The notes under the pieces were generated by a model. That model was not told the DNA's origin, did no database searches, and saw only the letters and a list, made by a program, of their open reading frames with translations. From assembly GCF_009914755.1 (NCBI RefSeq), contig NC_060925.1: a stretch of DNA of 64,000 nucleotides, one strand, 5' to 3'. Positions 60,641-64,000 of this stretch are shown here, in pieces (the stretch's first letter is position 1; every line of letters begins with the position of its first letter). Source of the DNA: the human T2T-CHM13v2.0 reference genome, Homo sapiens. The position numbers and the translations under genes are program-made.

Positions 60641-60799
60641 TTAGTGACTTTTACTTTTTAAAAATAAAATGAAAAACAACATACATAAGGAAAAATAACC
60701 AAATTATAATCTTACAGTAGATGATTTTTGAGAAGTATGTCTGTTCTCGCACCATCGTGTAAGGAACTAAACCAAGGAACTAAATTTTGCCAAATACCT

Positions 60800-61320
60800 T
60801 CAGAATCTTAGTCATAGCATCATCCAAATTTCCATCTTGCTAGCCCATGTGCTCTATCACTTGCTTACTCTCTGTGTGTGTCTCTCTCTCATTAGCTCAC
60901 ATACTCTCTCACTCTCTCTTTCTACTCCCCTTTCTTTTTTTCTCTCCCTCTCTTTCATGGCTTGCTCATACTAATGAAGGAAGTTATCATGGCAGAAAGC
61001 TCACACGGCTAGCAATTGAGGATGACCTTTAGTAGACAGCCATAAAGGAACTGAGGACCTTAGTCTAACAACTTAATGATAAAATGAATCCTGCCAATGA
61101 CCATGAGACTGAGTTTGGGGAGTGGATTCTTCCCCAGAAAAGCCTTGAGATGTCTAAAGCCCAGGAGGCACTTTGATTGCAGCCTGTGAGAAACCACCAA
61201 GACACAGCTAAACCTTACCTAAAAGATTCTTGTGAACTTTAGAAAATATGAGACAATCAGTGCTGTTTCAAGTCACTACATTTGGGAGCATATTTCTTAT
61301 ACAATAGCAGATACTAACAC
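60800..61320 (+). mobile_element. MLT1-type MaLR LTR nested in an old L1ME remnant (to ~62150)
   Basis: aaggaactgagg..ctgccaa..gcagcctgtgaga..tgtttcaagtcactacatttggg..atactaaca. Confidence 0.65.
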
Positions 61321-62200
61321 AGAAATGTTACCTGACTTGGAACATCACAGATTGTTATTGTCTGCTTTTTGTCTTTAAATAAGCTGAAATATATACCATG
61401 TTTTGTTTTTTGTTTGACTTCTTAACTCAATATTATGTGTTGAAATTCATGCAAACTTTTGCGTTCTGTAATAATACGTCACTACAGATAACTAGGAGTG
61501 GAATTATAAAATATATAGTATGCATTTTTCACTTTATAGTAGATAATATCAAATAGATTTTTAATATAATTGTCACAATTTATACTCTCACCAGCAATAT
61601 GTAAGAATTCCCAATGCTGCACACTCTCATCATCACCTGGATATGTCAGCCTTTTGAATTGTAGTCATCTTAGTGGGTACATGTAGATTTTATTCACAGT
61701 CTAATTTGCTTTTCCTTGAGAATGAGAGATAATTAGGGAAGTTGAGCCCCTGTTCATGTCCACTGTTTATTAGGGTATCTTCTTTGGGATGAGACTGTTT
61801 AAGACTTTTCTTCTATTTCTAGTGAATTGTCCTTTTTTTTTTTATTTGAAGACATTTTTACATATTCCATTCATGTGTATATACATATTTAATTTTTTTA
61901 ATCTTTAGTCTTTTTTTAATCTTTGCCTTTCAGTCTCTTCATTGTATCTTTGGATAAATAGCAGTTCTCAATTTTAACATAGTTAAATGTATTGATTTTT
62001 TATTTACACTTAATAGTTTTGTATCACATTTCCCAACTGGGAAAACATGAAAATAATGTCTTTGATTTTTTTCTAAAAGTTTGATTGTTTTGTCTTCCAC
62101 AACTATATCTATAATCCATCTGGAATTGATCGGTTTTTAATGTCAGGAGGGTAGGAACCAAGTTTAATTACTTTTTAACATGTGTATAGTAAAGCCCTAA

Positions 62201-62570
62201 TGATGGCAGCCATGGCCCATCTAGAGTGGCTGCTGCCATGACACTGGCTGCACCGGGGAGGTGTGGCCGGGGCTGCATGCTCCACAGAGCCGATGGGAGC
62301 CAGAAACAGGTGGAAGGCCTGCCCGCTTCTGAGTTGGCTGGGCAGGAGCCTCAGGCTCCGTGGGCACAGCTGCACGTGCCCAGCAATGGCTCTAAGCCTG
62401 GACATCCCTGTGCTCTTGGGAACCAGGAGCAGGCATGAGCTCCAGGCACAGCTGCAGCCACCCAAGAATCTCTGCACTCCTGGGGGCCCAGCAAGTCCCC
62501 CTTGCCCCTGCAGGCTTGGAAATGCCTGTTCCTGCTGTCTGGCCTCTCCCTGCTCCTGTGCCTGATCTGA
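62201..62570. mobile_element. MER52-like LTR fragment
   Basis: GC-rich tgatggcagccatggcccatctagagtggctgctgcc start. Confidence 0.55.
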
Positions 62571-63103
62571 TCTGGAGCAAAATTGAGGCAAAGTTCCCTC
62601 CCTCTGGAACTAAGATCTCTAGGAAGGCAGAACATAATGTTGTGGGAACAGGAAGCAAAAATTTTGCTAGTGGATCACTAGAGGTGATGGTGAGCGGTGC
62701 CACTTCCATTTCCACGACTTGATTCCTGGACCCATGAATCATGGCTATGGGAGACACAGTACCATATATTGAGTGCTGATTCAGAGCGTAGATGGCCTTC
62801 AGGAGAACTTTGCCCCAGCCCTGCAAAGTATTGTTACCTAGATGGCATTGTAACTGTGACTTCAAAAGGCCATTCTACCATTTTATCAATCCAGCTGCTT
62901 CAGAATGATGGGAAACATGGTAAGACCAGTGAATTCCATGAGCATGAGCCCACTGCCACACTGCTTTAGCTGTAATGTCAGTGCATTAGTCAGAGACAAT
63001 GCTGTGTGGAATATCACGACGATGAATAAGGCATTCTGTGAGTCCACAGATGGTAGCCTTGGCAGAAGTATTGCATGCAGGATAGGCAAACCCATATTCA
63101 GAG
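62571..63103 (-). mobile_element. HERV-L internal (integrase region) remnant
   Basis: Peptide LQGWGKVLLKAIYALNQHSIYGTVSPIAMIHGSRNQ. Confidence 0.75.
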
Positions 63104-64000
63104 TGTTGTGGGAAGTCAGGGACCCTGAATGGAGGGACCAGCTGGAGCTGCTGCAGAGGAACATAAATTGTGAAGATTTCATTTCATTTTGATATGGACA
63201 TATATCAGTTCCCAAAATTAATACTTTTATAATTTCTTATGCCTGTCTTTACTTCAATCTCTGAATATAAATTGTGGAGATTTCATTTTAATATGGACAT
63301 TTATCAGTTCCCAAAATTAATATTTTCATAACTTCTTATGCCTATCTTACTTTAATCTCTTAATCCTGTTATCTTCATAAGCTGAGGATGTACGTCACCT
63401 CAGGACCACTATTGTGTTAACTGTACAAATTGATTGTAAAACATTCGTGTTTGAACAATATGAAATCAGTGCACCTTGAAAAAGAACAGAATAACAGCGA
63501 TTTTAGGGAACAAGGGAAGACAACCATAAGGTCTGACTGCCTGCAGGGTTGGGCAGAATACAGCCATATTTTCTTCTTGCAAAGAGCCTATAAATGGACG
63601 TGCGAATAGGAGAGATATTGCTAAATTCTTTTCCTAGCAAGGAATATTAATATTAAGACCCTAGGAAAATAATTGCATTCCTGGGGGGAGGTCTATAAAC
63701 AGCCACTCTGGGAGTGTCTGTCTTATGCGGTTGAGATAAGGACTGAAATATGCCCTGGTCTCCTGCAGTACCCTCAGACTTACTAGGGTGGGGAAAAACC
63801 CCACCCTGGTGAATTTGAGGTCAGACCAGTTCTCTGCTCTCGAACCCTGTTTTCTGTTGTTTATCAAGACAATACGTGTACTGCTGAAGATAGACCCTTA
63901 TCAGGAGTTTCTGATTTTGCCCTGGTCCTGTTTCCTCAAAAGCATGTGATCTTTGTTCTCCTTTTTGCCCTTTGAAGCACGTGATCTTTGTGACCTACTC
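63104..64000 (+). mobile_element. MER11 LTR (HERV-K11/HML-8), cut by the window edge
   Basis: TGTTGTGGGAAGTCAGGGACCCTGAATGGAGGGACC start and typical internal repeats. Confidence 0.85.

Noticed and set aside
62175-63215. Cluster of overlapping ORFs
   Set aside because: Explained by a GC-rich LTR joined to a decayed HERV-L integrase
63160-63345. Direct repeat near the window end
   Set aside because: Internal repeat structure expected within MER11

Overview
Primate (almost certainly human) genomic DNA from the guanylate-binding protein (GBP) cluster. The + strand carries coding exons 4-11 and the 3' UTR of GBP6 (about 3.4-13 kb). It also carries the unprocessed pseudogene GBP1P1 (about 32.8-52.5 kb), which keeps an ISRE/GAS interferon promoter but has a stop codon in the P-loop and a deletion of the end of exon 5 and all of exon 6. 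Between them lie a CAPNS1 retrocopy and a dense nest of L1, Alu and LTR elements. Main observations from reading the sequence: (1) A full-length antisense L1PA2-like element in GBP1P1 intron 2 has an ORF0 splice donor in frame with GBP1P1 exons 3 and 7, so it could bypass the inactivating stop (predicted 155-aa and 336-aa chimeric ORFs; inference only). (2) The same L1 insertion carries about 0.8 kb of 3'-transduced foreign DNA inside a 17-bp TSD. (3) The CAPNS1 retrocopy has a twin-priming 5' inversion. (4) GBP intron 4 is a U12-type intron. Gene and repeat subfamily names come from recalled sequences, not from a database search.
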